NCBI GenBank assembly: GCA_030141605.1 | Contig: JAQGDQ010000550.1 | Coordinates: forward strand, 1 to 64,000 | Direction: 5' to 3' | DNA length: 64,000 nucleotides | Source: Tubiluchus corallicola | Taxonomy: Eukaryota > Animalia > Priapulida | Shown here: in pieces, positions 52,501-64,000 of the stretch | How positions within the stretch are numbered: the stretch's first letter is position 1 | Layout: each line of letters starts with the position of its first letter | Program-made: the position numbers and the translations under genes | The notes under the pieces: model-generated | The model's database searches: none | What the model saw: the letters and a program-made list of their open reading frames with translations, nothing else | Told to the model about the DNA's origin: nothing

Positions 52501-55500
52501 TGGTTGGGTGGCATACTGGAATCACAGTTTTGCGCACATGTTAAAAACTAAAGTTATGACAGGGAACTAAGAAATGAAAATAAGACGACCATATGAACAA
52601 ATGGAGAGGCCTGTTTAATATGGCACGTCATACATGCATCATTGAATAAGTTGCTTTAATGTAAGTTAGGCTCTAATTCTCAGACATGTCAAATCGCGTT
52701 GATAACAGCAGTGTTCTATTAAATGGACAATCCACCGCGTTTTTCTACTTTTAGTGTCCATTTCAATTTGTGTTGTAAGAAAGTGACACTTGCATAAGAC
52801 GTCAAGGGCTTTTGATAATTTCCTTATGATGTATTACACCATCAGGAAAAACTAAATTATCCGTGCATGAACGAATAACTCACTAATGTCGTCGTCGTTT
52901 GTAGACTTTACGTTCTAAAACACGACACGCTGTACCTGTTGATGCCAGACAGTCCTATCTACCACCCACGATGCGCATCCCTCAAATATAAAGCTGTGTT
53001 TCTTAAGTCTTGTAGCAGTTTATCTGTACTTGTCAGTAGCTGACCCCCTCTCGGCTTTTTTGTCGTTTCAAGAGCTTTACGTGAGAGGAATCTGAATACG
53101 CAGAGCTACGGTTTGTGGAAGGAGTCTGTGTGAAATGATGCCATTGCCAGGCGGAATAGTTCTCAATGATTTGTGCAGAACACGTGTGCAAATTTAAGTG
53201 CAATATTAAATAGCTTCGGTGACAGATGAACACAACGTGGAGTGAATGATCTGATGCAATAATATGATGACAGATCTACAGAGCGGGCAGCGGTTAAAAT
53301 GAGGGCATAAAACAAACCTCTTTTAGAAAGAACAACAGCATGAAGAAACATGGAAGATACACAAATAAGATAAAACAATTAAAAACGAAAAATGAATCCG
53401 AAATAATGAATTGGCCATGTGCAACACATGAGACTGCGCCTTATACATAACCGGGGGATATCACGCAGGGCATTGAAAATCAAAGGATATTATAGAAGTT
53501 AGTTAAAGAAACGAGATGCAAAAATGAAGGATTCTACTTTCCAGAATCTTGAGTCAAAATGATACTGGTATAAACAGAAAATGGAGTTAGTATGATATGA
53601 TATAAAACTACAGCAAAGTTTACAAAGTGCACTACTTGAAAAATAGCTGATTCTGCTAAAATTCATACAGAAAGACAAAGGCAAGACTCGGTGACGGAGA
53701 ATAATTACATAATTTCTGAAATCTTCAACTAGTGATTTAGCCAAGAGAAAAAACTGTGCGATCATGGTTACAATGTGACGTCAGTTGTAAACTACTCTCG
53801 GCAAAAAGTAGTACATATAATTGTCATAGAATTAGCTGCAGATGGTCCACCGTAAATAATATTCTTCACAGCAGGGTTACAGATGGAGGCCCACAAAATT
53901 TCCATAATAAAAATGGCTTCACGTAAAGATCAGTCATCAGTTCGTATATTTGGATTATGTAAAAACATGGCAATGGCTCGCAAAAAATCGCACAAAAAGA
54001 TGGAAGCTTTTAAATGTAACCTTGGCTGTGACAACACGTGGCATATTTGACCTTGAGTGAATTTTGTGCATAAAACAGAAATAAGCTTACGTTACTAATT
54101 TTCCATGTTTTGTACCCCATACCTACCAGAACTTACAGTAATGTGGTAACACATGCGTCACGAAAACCAGAATACAAAGTAGTCAGCAGGATGCAAACAG
54201 ATAATGAAAATTTTAACAGGAAAAGGCAGAATATTATAGTTAAATCTATATCCACTGTCATGTAATCTTTCTTTCATGGCAGACAAGCACAATGACGGCA
54301 TCAAAGAAACACTGCTTTAAAACAGTAGGCGTTTTCGTTAGCGAAAGGATTTTCACTAATGTGTCAACAATTTTTTGTCATATTTCACTAACAGGCGGCG
54401 AAATCTTCGCGTCAAAAATGCGGCAAAATAACACATTGAAGCCGTTTCGGTTTGTTCTCCAAACACATTAAGTCAATTCACAAAGTTTACAAATAAATGA
54501 AACCGAATAACGAACCGCGGATTTCATAAAAGTTTGTTTCTCCCGGTCTAACTGATACCTCGAATACAGAACTGCCGTTGAAGCTGGGTACTGTGTGTGT
54601 AGCGTTTGAGACAGAGTGTTTGGTCATACTAGGGGATGTTGATGAAATTGCAGACGACCACTCCAATTGAGGGGTTCAGTAATCCCTAAACATTTCGACT
54701 AGCCTAGCTGTATCAAAACAGTAGGCGGACCGGTGATTCACTGTTTATAATTCAGCTAGTCAGCTTGACAGACAAGAGGACTGTTTATGCTAGCAAATGT
54801 ACGTTCAAGCAGTCCTGAGAAGATGCACACAGTGAAACTGTGTCAGCCTCACATTTACAAGTGGGCCCATTACGTCATTATTGTGGTCATTAGTTTTAAC
54901 AGGGAAGGATTCTGACTGGGGCATAAGAACCAGGAGTGAATTATAAAATGCAGTGCCAAAGATGTAACAACTATAAAATAATATAATTTCTACCAGACAC
55001 AGTTTTGATGCCCTGGAATTGCTAAGATAGATCTATGATCAGTTTGTTTCATATTTATTCGTGAATTCAGTTTTGCACGGTTGTGCAAAATGAAATCAAA
55101 GTACCAATTGATATATCACAATTATGTTTATCAAATGTAACGCGCTGTGTTTAATAGATCTCTGGGTCTCCGTTTCACGAGTGTCGGGCCTAATGAAAAA
55201 TAATGACTGAACAGGCACCATGAGAATAATGTCTGAAAACCATGAGTTTCAAGTTCTTTACAATATTTGGCGCTGCTGTGTCTTGAGACAATACGACTAA
55301 AGATAACCTAGGCTCAGAAAGGTCACGATGATTATGTAGAACTAGTCACATTTCTACAACTGTCAGTGCTGATTATTAATGATTTGTCTTCTTAATTAAG
55401 TACGTGATGATGCAAAAATTGGAGACGCGTCAGTGCAGACCTTTTAGCCTGTGACCATGGCTCAGTGTATGGTTACTTACGGAATAAAAAATAATAAAAG

Positions 55501-56070
55501 CAAATGATTTTACTTCTTGGGCAACTGAAGTAGAGCAGAATTATTCCATTGATTACGACCTTCAGTAGCTGAATTTCTTATGAGCTTACCAAAGCACAAA
55601 TATGTTGGAATTTAAGATGTACAACGATCAATGTCAAATAAATGAAGCCTCTTGAGAGCAAAGGCTACTCGTGGAGCAGAAGTTCCATAAAAGAAAATAA
55701 ATTATAGCCAGTGGACGTTGATGATCGAGCGAAAATATGATCTAGGCAGCAGGCACGGCAGGGCACAGGAAAAGCAAACATTCTCTGTAAATAAACTGAC
55801 AGGCGCATCAATTTACTAATTATAATATCTGACTATCTGACACAGTCAAAACAACTCTGAACAAAGAAGCCATAGAGCCATGGCGTATGACTTCATAGAC
55901 ATGGCTTCATGGCTTATAACTGATAACTTCAGCAGGATCGTAGAAAAAGAACACATATGGTGGGTCAGCAATGTTGGACCAACTGTGCTGTGAAAAAAAA
56001 ACGTTATAAAATTTTGCACTTATGGTATCGATACGTTCCCAAATTAGCTAGCAACTATCGGTATCATTAA

Positions 56071-56375
56071 TTAATTACGACTTTATGACTGCCTGAATTT
56101 TATTTCACAATTATTATCCACTGCGGGCAATGAATTGAAAGAAGAGCGAAGCTGAAAAACTGGTATCCAGTCATTTGAACCCGAGACCTGGGCATGTTGG
56201 ACTGGTAGCTCAGTTGACAGAGCATGGTATTAATCCCAGGTCTTGGGTTCAAATCCCGATCAATCCACAATTTTTCAGTGTCTCTTTTCTCCAACTCATT
56301 ACCCGAAATGGGTAATAATTGGTAAAACAAACCGCAATGGTTTATAAAAATTCAGGCAATTATAATCATAATTAA
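56071..56375. mobile_element. ~300-bp foldback/MITE-like element with tRNA-derived arms
   Basis: The left and right halves are imperfect inverted repeats. TGCCTGAATTTT (56090-56101) pairs with AAAATTCAGGCA (56347-56358). ATTTGAACCCGAGACCTGGG (56173-56192) pairs with CCCAGGTCTTGGGTTCAAAT (56235-56254), 19/20. Confidence 0.7.
56199..56267 (+). pseudogene. tRNA-like sequence with A and B boxes and a shortened anticodon arm, inside the foldback element
   Basis: GGACTGG-TA-GCTC-AGTTGACA-GAGC...GGTC-TTGGG-TTCAAAT-CCCGA-TCAATCC-A followed by TTTTT. The D and T arms pair, but the anticodon arm is defective. Confidence 0.7.
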
Positions 56376-57124
56376 AAAATAAATTTTGCACGTTGTGTAG
56401 TTGTTGACGAGATGTGGGTACCAGCTGGCCAGACAAAACTAATTTAATCCAAGCAAGGGTTATGATTGTTGGAATAAAGCAATTTCAGAACCGGATTTTC
56501 AACAATAAATCCTGCAGAACAAAAATACAGAAAACGTTTCTACGAAAGCGATATTTTACCAGTGAAGCAATATTCTAGAAGTAGACGATGAGTCACAAAA
56601 ACATATCCCAATTACAGAAGTATTGTTCAGGTAAGATGGGTATGTCGGGTAAGCAGACTTTAAAGGGAAACCAAGAACAGACTGACGGTCGATCCGAGAA
56701 GCCCGTCTCCATAAATCCACCTGTTCATGCAAACGTGATGATTGCTGACATGATAAGTTTTGCAAAGCATTTTGAGAATTTTGATAGTACTCACTCATAA
56801 GCAAGGTCGTATGTAATTCCACAGCAAGTAATAAAACGCAACTGTGTACTCACGACTGGCTTTAAACAAGGCATTTCTCGTAAAACCCGTGAATTGTGCC
56901 TCCAGCGTAAATAACTCAAACAAGAAACTCATTGTACACGTGCGGTATACTACACAGGGAAATCCAACTAAAGTTCTGCTTGCAAATAAATCATACATAA
57001 CAATGATAACGATGATACATACATGCCACTGAAAAGCAACTTTTAAGATCAGTGTTCCGGAGCTGTGACTATAGTGTCAGGCAGAAATAATAACATAAAT
57101 GAGACATAACGACAAAAGTAACAG

Positions 57125-57362
57125 TGATAATGATCAAGTTGATGATGATGATGATGACGACGACGACGACGACGATAATGAGGTTGATGATGATGAAGAT
57201 GATGACGATGATGATGACGACGACGACGATGATGATATAGGTGATGGTGACGATGATGATGATGATGATGATGATGCTGACGATGGTGGCGATGATGGTG
57301 GTTTTGGTGGCGGCGGTGGTGGTGGTGGTAGCATGGGTGACAATATTGAAGATGACGATATA
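57125..57362. repeat. Compound (GAT/GAC/GGT)n trinucleotide microsatellite
   Basis: Long imperfect triplet tract that generates homopolymer ORFs in several frames. Confidence 0.95.
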
Positions 57363-60126
57363 ACAATTACGACGAAAACAATTAAGGTTCATACGTGTAT
57401 ATAAAAATGTGCCCTTATCATTACTGTTTTTTAGTTAAACTATAATGTAAGCTGACAGAGAACAAGTAGCTGTCAGGACAGCAAGGCATTTAAATCATGC
57501 AACTCATCACCAAGAGCATATGGAAAGCCACCCATACAGCAATTCATTGACACACTGTAACACCACTACACGAGTTACTGAATGCACAATTATTTCAAGA
57601 AAAAAGTTCCACTTTGGCAAAGCCACTGATGCTAAAAAAACTGCTGCTACATTGAAAACGTCGCAACATCAAACAACGTCTTAAGCTTGAGCAACAATAT
57701 ACATCAGACGAGCTGCGACCAGACGAAGAGGTTTACGTTAAAAACACATCACAGTAAAGTAGAACGAGGAACTCGTAAACAAAAGTGCTTGCTGTAATCA
57801 CCAAAATCCCATGGTTACCTATAGGACCAGCATCCTCTTTAAAACTTGCCACCAGTAGCAACAGCACAGGCACCCGCCTGACGGATGAAACTCAAACCCG
57901 CTGTTTCACTAATTATGAGAAACGGTCAAAGAAGCCAGGCTGCTGCTAGATGCCAACGAAGCCATCTGGTCTACGTCAAGCCAATAATGAGAAAACCCAT
58001 TTAGTTTTATGCAAAAAACTTGCAGACACGTTATAGGGAAAACACTGTAGTAATTTGACTCAGTGGTGCAAACTGGAAAAAATTATGTGGCTTTGTAAAA
58101 TCGCTATAAGAAGCAATCGATGGCTGAGCTTAAATGCAGATGCTTATGGCAGAACCGGAATCTAACTCAAGGATAATCCTCAAAGAACAAACTGGGCTGA
58201 CAAATATGCCTCAGTCATTTTGGAACATTAATATGCAATCGTTAAGTATCCTTTCTTAATAATGGATGGCAGAATCAGTGTGGGAAATCAGTGATATAAC
58301 TACGCATCCCCAGGCCTTACAAGATTACTGATTTAGTTTGGAGGGGTTCCAAATGTTAGTTATGCTACCGTGGCGAACGAAGCAGCCCAAAGTGCGTTAT
58401 CCATCTATTTGCTGTCCAGTTTTGGCATTGCTTCAACTTCCTCAATTTCGGTCGCTACGTGTACGTTTTAACCACTTAGCTATTCCCCTTGCTCTCAGTA
58501 GCTTGGCTAATTGGGCTCCTATGCTATCTCTCTATCAGCAACACATTACAAACAGAATATAATCTGTAATAACTTTTAAATGTCTCAAGTAATAAATGAT
58601 TTAAAATACAAATTTTTCCTACGTCTACTATAACGAAAATTGCTGGTCGTAAAAACACATTTATTTTCCTTTGCCACAAACAAAGATAATTTTCAACCTA
58701 TTAAATACGCATAATCAATTTTTATATATTTTCTTCGAACATTTGTAGACTTACAGTAGTAGATGTCGACAAACTGCACATATCACAATGATATTTCACA
58801 TGAGATATCATACATATCTTGTCTTTCGATTACGTCATATGTATTTTGCAGGTTGTGCTGTTATGCTGTTATTTATGTATGTCAATGTAAATAATGTATG
58901 GCGTCTCCTTTGTAAGGAGGCGATCCCTCGTTCAAATTCAGGCTGTACTCCAACGTTTTTCAAATTTCCTACCTCTCAAGTTTGGTATCAAAATTTAATT
59001 AATTGTGGGTTGGTGTCTCCCTTGTTAGCAGGCGGTCCCTGGTTCAAATCCACCATTAATAATGATCTTGACACTAAGATTACAATAATTAAAAGCCCTG
59101 TGTTCTCGCAAACAAAATTCGAAAAAAAATTGCTTTCGAACTTTCGCGAATACAGGCCTAGTAATAATGCATATGCCAATTAACTACAGAGCTGATTCTT
59201 TCAAAAGTTAAAACATTTCTCAGTGGTTTAGCGGTTCCTAGAGGCTTAACAGTTTACAGTTACATGTAATACGTTTAGCAGGATTTTTTTTCGGTCTCTA
59301 CAGGAAGCAGAACTACATGCACCGAGTCAGTGAACCGGGTTCAACAATAAATACTGGCGAACAAATTTAAAATAAAATTCACCGCTGTCTCTTGTAAAGT
59401 TAAACGACATCATTCAAACAAGCCTCGTCTTTAGGAAATTTGCAACAATAAATAAGAAAGTGAAATGCATGTAGACTGCTCTAAAATGGAAAAATATTGT
59501 TTACTGAAATTTGCCGAAAACAAAATAAGCCTTTTCACAGTTTCGTTGTGCGCAGGCGCGGCTGCTGTAGGTCTAAGTGGTTAAGTGCACCACAGCAACG
59601 CGTCTTAATTACAATCGTCACGTGACATGTGGGTAAAACAAAACCGTCTGCCACATCAGTTCACTAACTTCAGTTGTTTCACCTGGACTTTATTAATTAT
59701 GCATTAGTCTATGTGCACAGTGATTCATTAGCAGGATCTTGCTTGGAACAAGAAAAAGTGAACTAGTAAGATTCTAGCTAGCTGTTAAAACTGTTACGGT
59801 TACAATAGCACGGGCTGCGAGGCGTTGTCAAGTGTACACTTAACCTGGTACAGTTTAGTGCAACAAGTCTGGTACACTTAACCTTTGACCTATTCACGAT
59901 CATCATCAATCGCTAGAACTGTGAATAAGCTTATGACAAAACGGCAAAGCAGCGGAATACTACAGATATTGTTTTATAAGCGCACTTACAAGCTGGTATA
60001 TCACGATCTACGTACGCTCCCGTACAAGCGATTAAACCGATTCAGCCTCCACGTTTTGAGATTTTAACACAGCGCAATCGTACCACTCGAAATTCTAATA
60101 AATTAGTCACAATAAATAAGTTATAA

Positions 60127-60410
60127 TAAAATTCGAACAGAAAGTTACAAATGTTCAGCAATGTCTGCTGCAATTAGAACAATAAATAGTAATGAGGAAC
60201 TTTTACCTAAATTATTGTAAAATATTTATTTTCACAACTGCTTTTAAACTGTTTCACTGACCTTGTGGTGTCATTTCTCCAAATTTTTATCTTGTAAGCA
60301 ATGTCTCTTACGCGTCTTTTGACTCTTTTTTCAATTTTTATTGTATTCAAACCTTGTATTCAGTTTTACTGCTATGATGTGACTTTTTAATAAAGCCCAT
60401 TATTTATTTA
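60127..60410 (+). mobile_element. LINE 3'-end fragment, copy 2 (homologous to 38226-38534)
   Basis: KIRTESYKCSAMSAAIRTINSNEELLPKLL*, then a T-rich UTR, TGTGACTTTTTAATAAA and a (TATT)n tail shared with copy 1. Confidence 0.7.
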
Positions 60411-61125
60411 TGTAGATAATGTGGTAAATGTAATATGCAAAATAGTTATTACAATGTTTGTAATATATCATACTTTAATTTAAGCAATATTTATATTTGA
60501 AAAAAAGTTTGGTATTTTGGGCAGCACAATCGCTAGCGTTCAGTAATACCTTCAACTGAAGTAGCCTAAAATAAAATTGCCTCGGAATTCATTTAATGAA
60601 TATCATTAGCAAAATATATCAGCAATTAATCATTCATTAACAGCTGCCAATCTAATTTGGTAAATCCGGAGTTTATTAAATGTTTTATCCATTACAAAAA
60701 CCTTGGCTTCACTTTTGAGCCTCTTATATTGAGATAATCAGCAGAACGCTGGACCATGACGGGTTGGTAATGCTCTTCTCTCATCAGGGGACAATTAATT
60801 TGCCTAGAATTACCTGCATTCACATCAATTTATATATATATATATATAATAGGCTACACAGCAGAATAGCAGAACACTGACAGATTACTTTATGTGGGAA
60901 AACACCCCCAATAATCAGTAATTTTTAAACACATTAAAAGGCTAATAACAGGAACTTAACACCTTGACACGCTGAAGAGACACATGTACTTATATGCAAA
61001 ATATTTTTAATGTTTGTTTAAACATATCACTGTAAGAAAACTTGGAGTATTTATCAAATGGTCAGCTTTAACAAAGTTCTCAATTATGAAATTGTACAGA
61101 AGCAACACACACGTAATTATATATA

Positions 61126-61190
61126 TAAGGCAATATATATATTATATATTGCCTTAACAATATATAATATTGTTAAATATTATATATTTA
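61126..61190. repeat. Three chained AT-rich palindromes
   Basis: TAAGGCAATATATA-tat-TATATATTGCCTTA (14-bp stem), TTAACAATAT-ata-ATATTGTTAA (10 bp) and TAAATAT-tat-ATATTTA (7 bp), each overlapping the next by 3 nt. Confidence 0.85.
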
Positions 61191-64000
61191 TATTGATATT
61201 ATATACGTATTAAGCAAAAATTACAAATGGACTGCATTTGCAAAACCAAGGTAAATGTTGTTAATTTATCACATCTTATATCAAAATAATTACATTTTAA
61301 AGAATTTACAATTTCATTGTAACGAATAATACAACCTTCGTATGTACAGCGCCCTGCTCTAATTCAGCTTTGATAACAAAACTTAGTTTAAATATGAACA
61401 AAAACTTTTAATTGAAAAAATTACCAACAAAAACAAAAATAAACGTACTCATTACTTTTACACATATATAATTATAATTGCTACTCTTATTTTTAGTTGT
61501 TTTGTTATTCATTCAGATGTCAAACTGGCGCTTTGAAACGATATTTCACCCGACAAGAAAACATGATTAGTTATTTTTATCTGACCACTATTTCTCGATC
61601 AAAAACGAGTATGTAACTACTGCGTACAAAACAATATTATTGTCATTTTCGGCAAATTTCGCTAAAACGAATTTTATCATAACCGGCTTTCACAAATGTA
61701 AACAACTTTGTTATTTAATACTCCTTAGCCAATTGTTATGTTCTGCAGTGTATGTGCGTTTTGAAATTTAGAAAAAGTTTATTTATTCACATGTTTGTTG
61801 TTTGTGGTATCGGAAATGACGTCACTGAAATGTGAAGCGATTAGATAAAGCGCTGATATTGCTTGTAATGTTCTGAAGCAAGTGGAACAAAATATTTGGA
61901 AAAATTTAACTTATCCCTTGTTTATTTTCGTTAAATCGAATAAATAAACATGTTAATGCGTTAAATAATAGAATTCCATCTTAAATCTTGCGGCTTTGGT
62001 AATAAACGCTAACGGTTAAAACGCTTAAAATATTCTATTAAAGAAAAGTCGAAATTTCTATTTCTTGACAAATACGTATTTTTGATAACTGATTTACTAA
62101 AGCAGAATGACGATTTAGTAAAGAAGCATAAATTCATTTGCAACAGAAATCTTCCATGTATCTGCTACATATGTAGCAGTTTTTATTTTATATGTGAATT
62201 GATATTATGAGTTTTTACCCGGAATAGCTGATAAGTAGTATAAGTATCCCGGCATAGCTAAGTTTGTAGTAAAATGTATGTTAGTCTCACCTGTTAATTC
62301 AAAATTCAAATTGAGTAAATGGTTAAATTATCTCTGTATAAATTAACATTATGGCGCGTTCAGACGCAGAGACCATGTTCACATGTTGCAACTTTACTCT
62401 CAGAGAGAAGTTGCGCAACAAGTTGCGAGGGAAGTCTCTGCGTCTGAACACGCCATTAGCATATATGACATCTACTGACAAGAAAGCCGAAACATTATAA
62501 GCTGGTACAACTTCAGCACCATCACTATTCTGTTGCTCAAATAATTCAGGTTCGCCAAGTATTATTACAGTATATCGAGTACCCCAAGGGTTCACACAGA
62601 TTAAGCCCGTTGTGTTTTTGAACAAACGTTTTACTCAAATATTTAACTGGAACTGCATTAAAAAATTTGTCACGTATCAAGTCATCCACGTCTGCACTAT
62701 ACAGCTACGTATACAGTTAACAACATTAGTATTCTGCTCCCACCAACTATTCACGTTTGAAACTTGAAAACGTAAATGCCTTAACATTAAATGGACATGT
62801 AATTTCTTCAATTAGTTACACGCCTTTCCTGTGTAGCATTATAATTCTACAGCCAATCACTGTCAGACCTCCAGCTAAAATGATCTGTAAAAAATATTGA
62901 AGTTCTGAATTTTAACAACTTGGTAAGTTGACTGGTCAACTTTTGTAAAATCATGTAAGCACTCGAATAACAGGTCAAACATAAACATGTCGAGTTGCTT
63001 GTCAGACACTGGTCTGCAGTGTTGCATGTAACAAGTTTTCTAATTCTACTCTGGAAGCGAAATCCTCACAGTTTCTGAGTTGCAAACTGTAAGTGACATT
63101 TGAGTTTGAAGAAGCCAAAAGAGGCTTCGTTACAGATTGGAAGACTTGGGATTCCATATTTCACATTTTGATCTCGGTCAGCACCGCTCAGCTTTTAGCA
63201 CTGTCTCTAGCCAGTCTAATACCCATGAATGTTTCAGCAACTGTTCTACGAACTCCAGGAAAAAATACAATGCAAAGTACTCAAGAAAAGTGACCTTTGA
63301 CCTTGAATATGATCTTCCCGAAATCACCAAGGACCTCACCAAAATCTACACAGTTCAAATCCACAGACGGTGAATGGCCTTGTATATCAGCTTGCCCACT
63401 AGCGTTCACGTTTAATGTATAAAAATGCATTTATAACAAGTTGAAGCAATTAAATGGTTAGTTACAATAAATTCAACACTGAAAAACACTTGTTCAAACA
63501 GTGCCCTGGTACAAAAACCCCATCGTGACCTGTCATAATTTTGTCAAACCTACTGAAATAGTTTGCCAAGAAAGCAAACAAATCTACAGAGGAAATAAAC
63601 GTTCAAAATTTATTCTGGTTCGCAGTCTGCTGAGTACTCTGAGTGTGCTACAGGAATTCTAGGTCTAGTCAAAGCAACGAGTGTAGAAAAAACGAATCCT
63701 AATGCTACAATGGCATTATTAGTTCATTGATAATATTAGTATGTAGGTGGCGACACGTCTGCTTCAAATAATTTGTTATAGTGCCTAGCTGGTAGCAAGC
63801 GAAACATGTGCCAAGTGGCGGCAATGGCAAGAATAAGGAAACACTATAAGTTCAATTTAAACATTAAAGTTCTTTTACTGCTATACCATATAGGATAGGA
63901 TCACCAGTTAATCGTACTTTTTCTTTCTTACCAATAGATGTCGGTACTTCATGCATTTACGCAGTAGATATATAGGTACTCTACACAATGTTATGTACTG

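Noticed and set aside
57049-57404. Poly-Asp, poly-His, poly-Ser and poly-Ile ORFs
   Set aside because: Translations of a trinucleotide microsatellite in four frames.
62291-62625. 100-aa ORF and a nearby CAG|GTGAGA donor as an upstream exon
   Set aside because: The ORF stops before the donor and has no recognisable homology. It could be a non-coding leader exon, but the sequence alone does not support that.

Overview
AT-rich eukaryotic DNA, most likely from an invertebrate animal; the species cannot be determined. No prokaryotic operons, CRISPR arrays or rRNA are present. One gene is well supported: a six-coding-exon RASSF7/8-family (N-terminal Ras-association domain) gene on the minus strand (20604->10263). 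I assembled it by hand with GT-AG introns in consistent phases (2007 nt, 668 aa), ending in NPHGMWV*. Two long upstream minus-strand ORFs (an acidic one at 27485-26367 and a Pro/Ser-rich one with a Cys cluster at 48078-47338) each end at a phase-0 donor. Either would join in frame to the RA-domain exon, which suggests alternative N-terminal extensions. Bases 1-5285 are a head-to-tail array of a ~2 kb non-autonomous Helitron, with TC...hairpin-CTAG termini, a relic internal terminus and a ~1 kb (CAC)-rich satellite. The rest is intronic or intergenic DNA with decayed LINEs (CR1-like, RTE-like with a nested insertion), hAT-like MITEs, tRNA-derived elements including a ~300 bp tRNA-based foldback element, and simple repeats. 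All calls are by eye and no database search was run. I found no autonomous novel enzymatic system.
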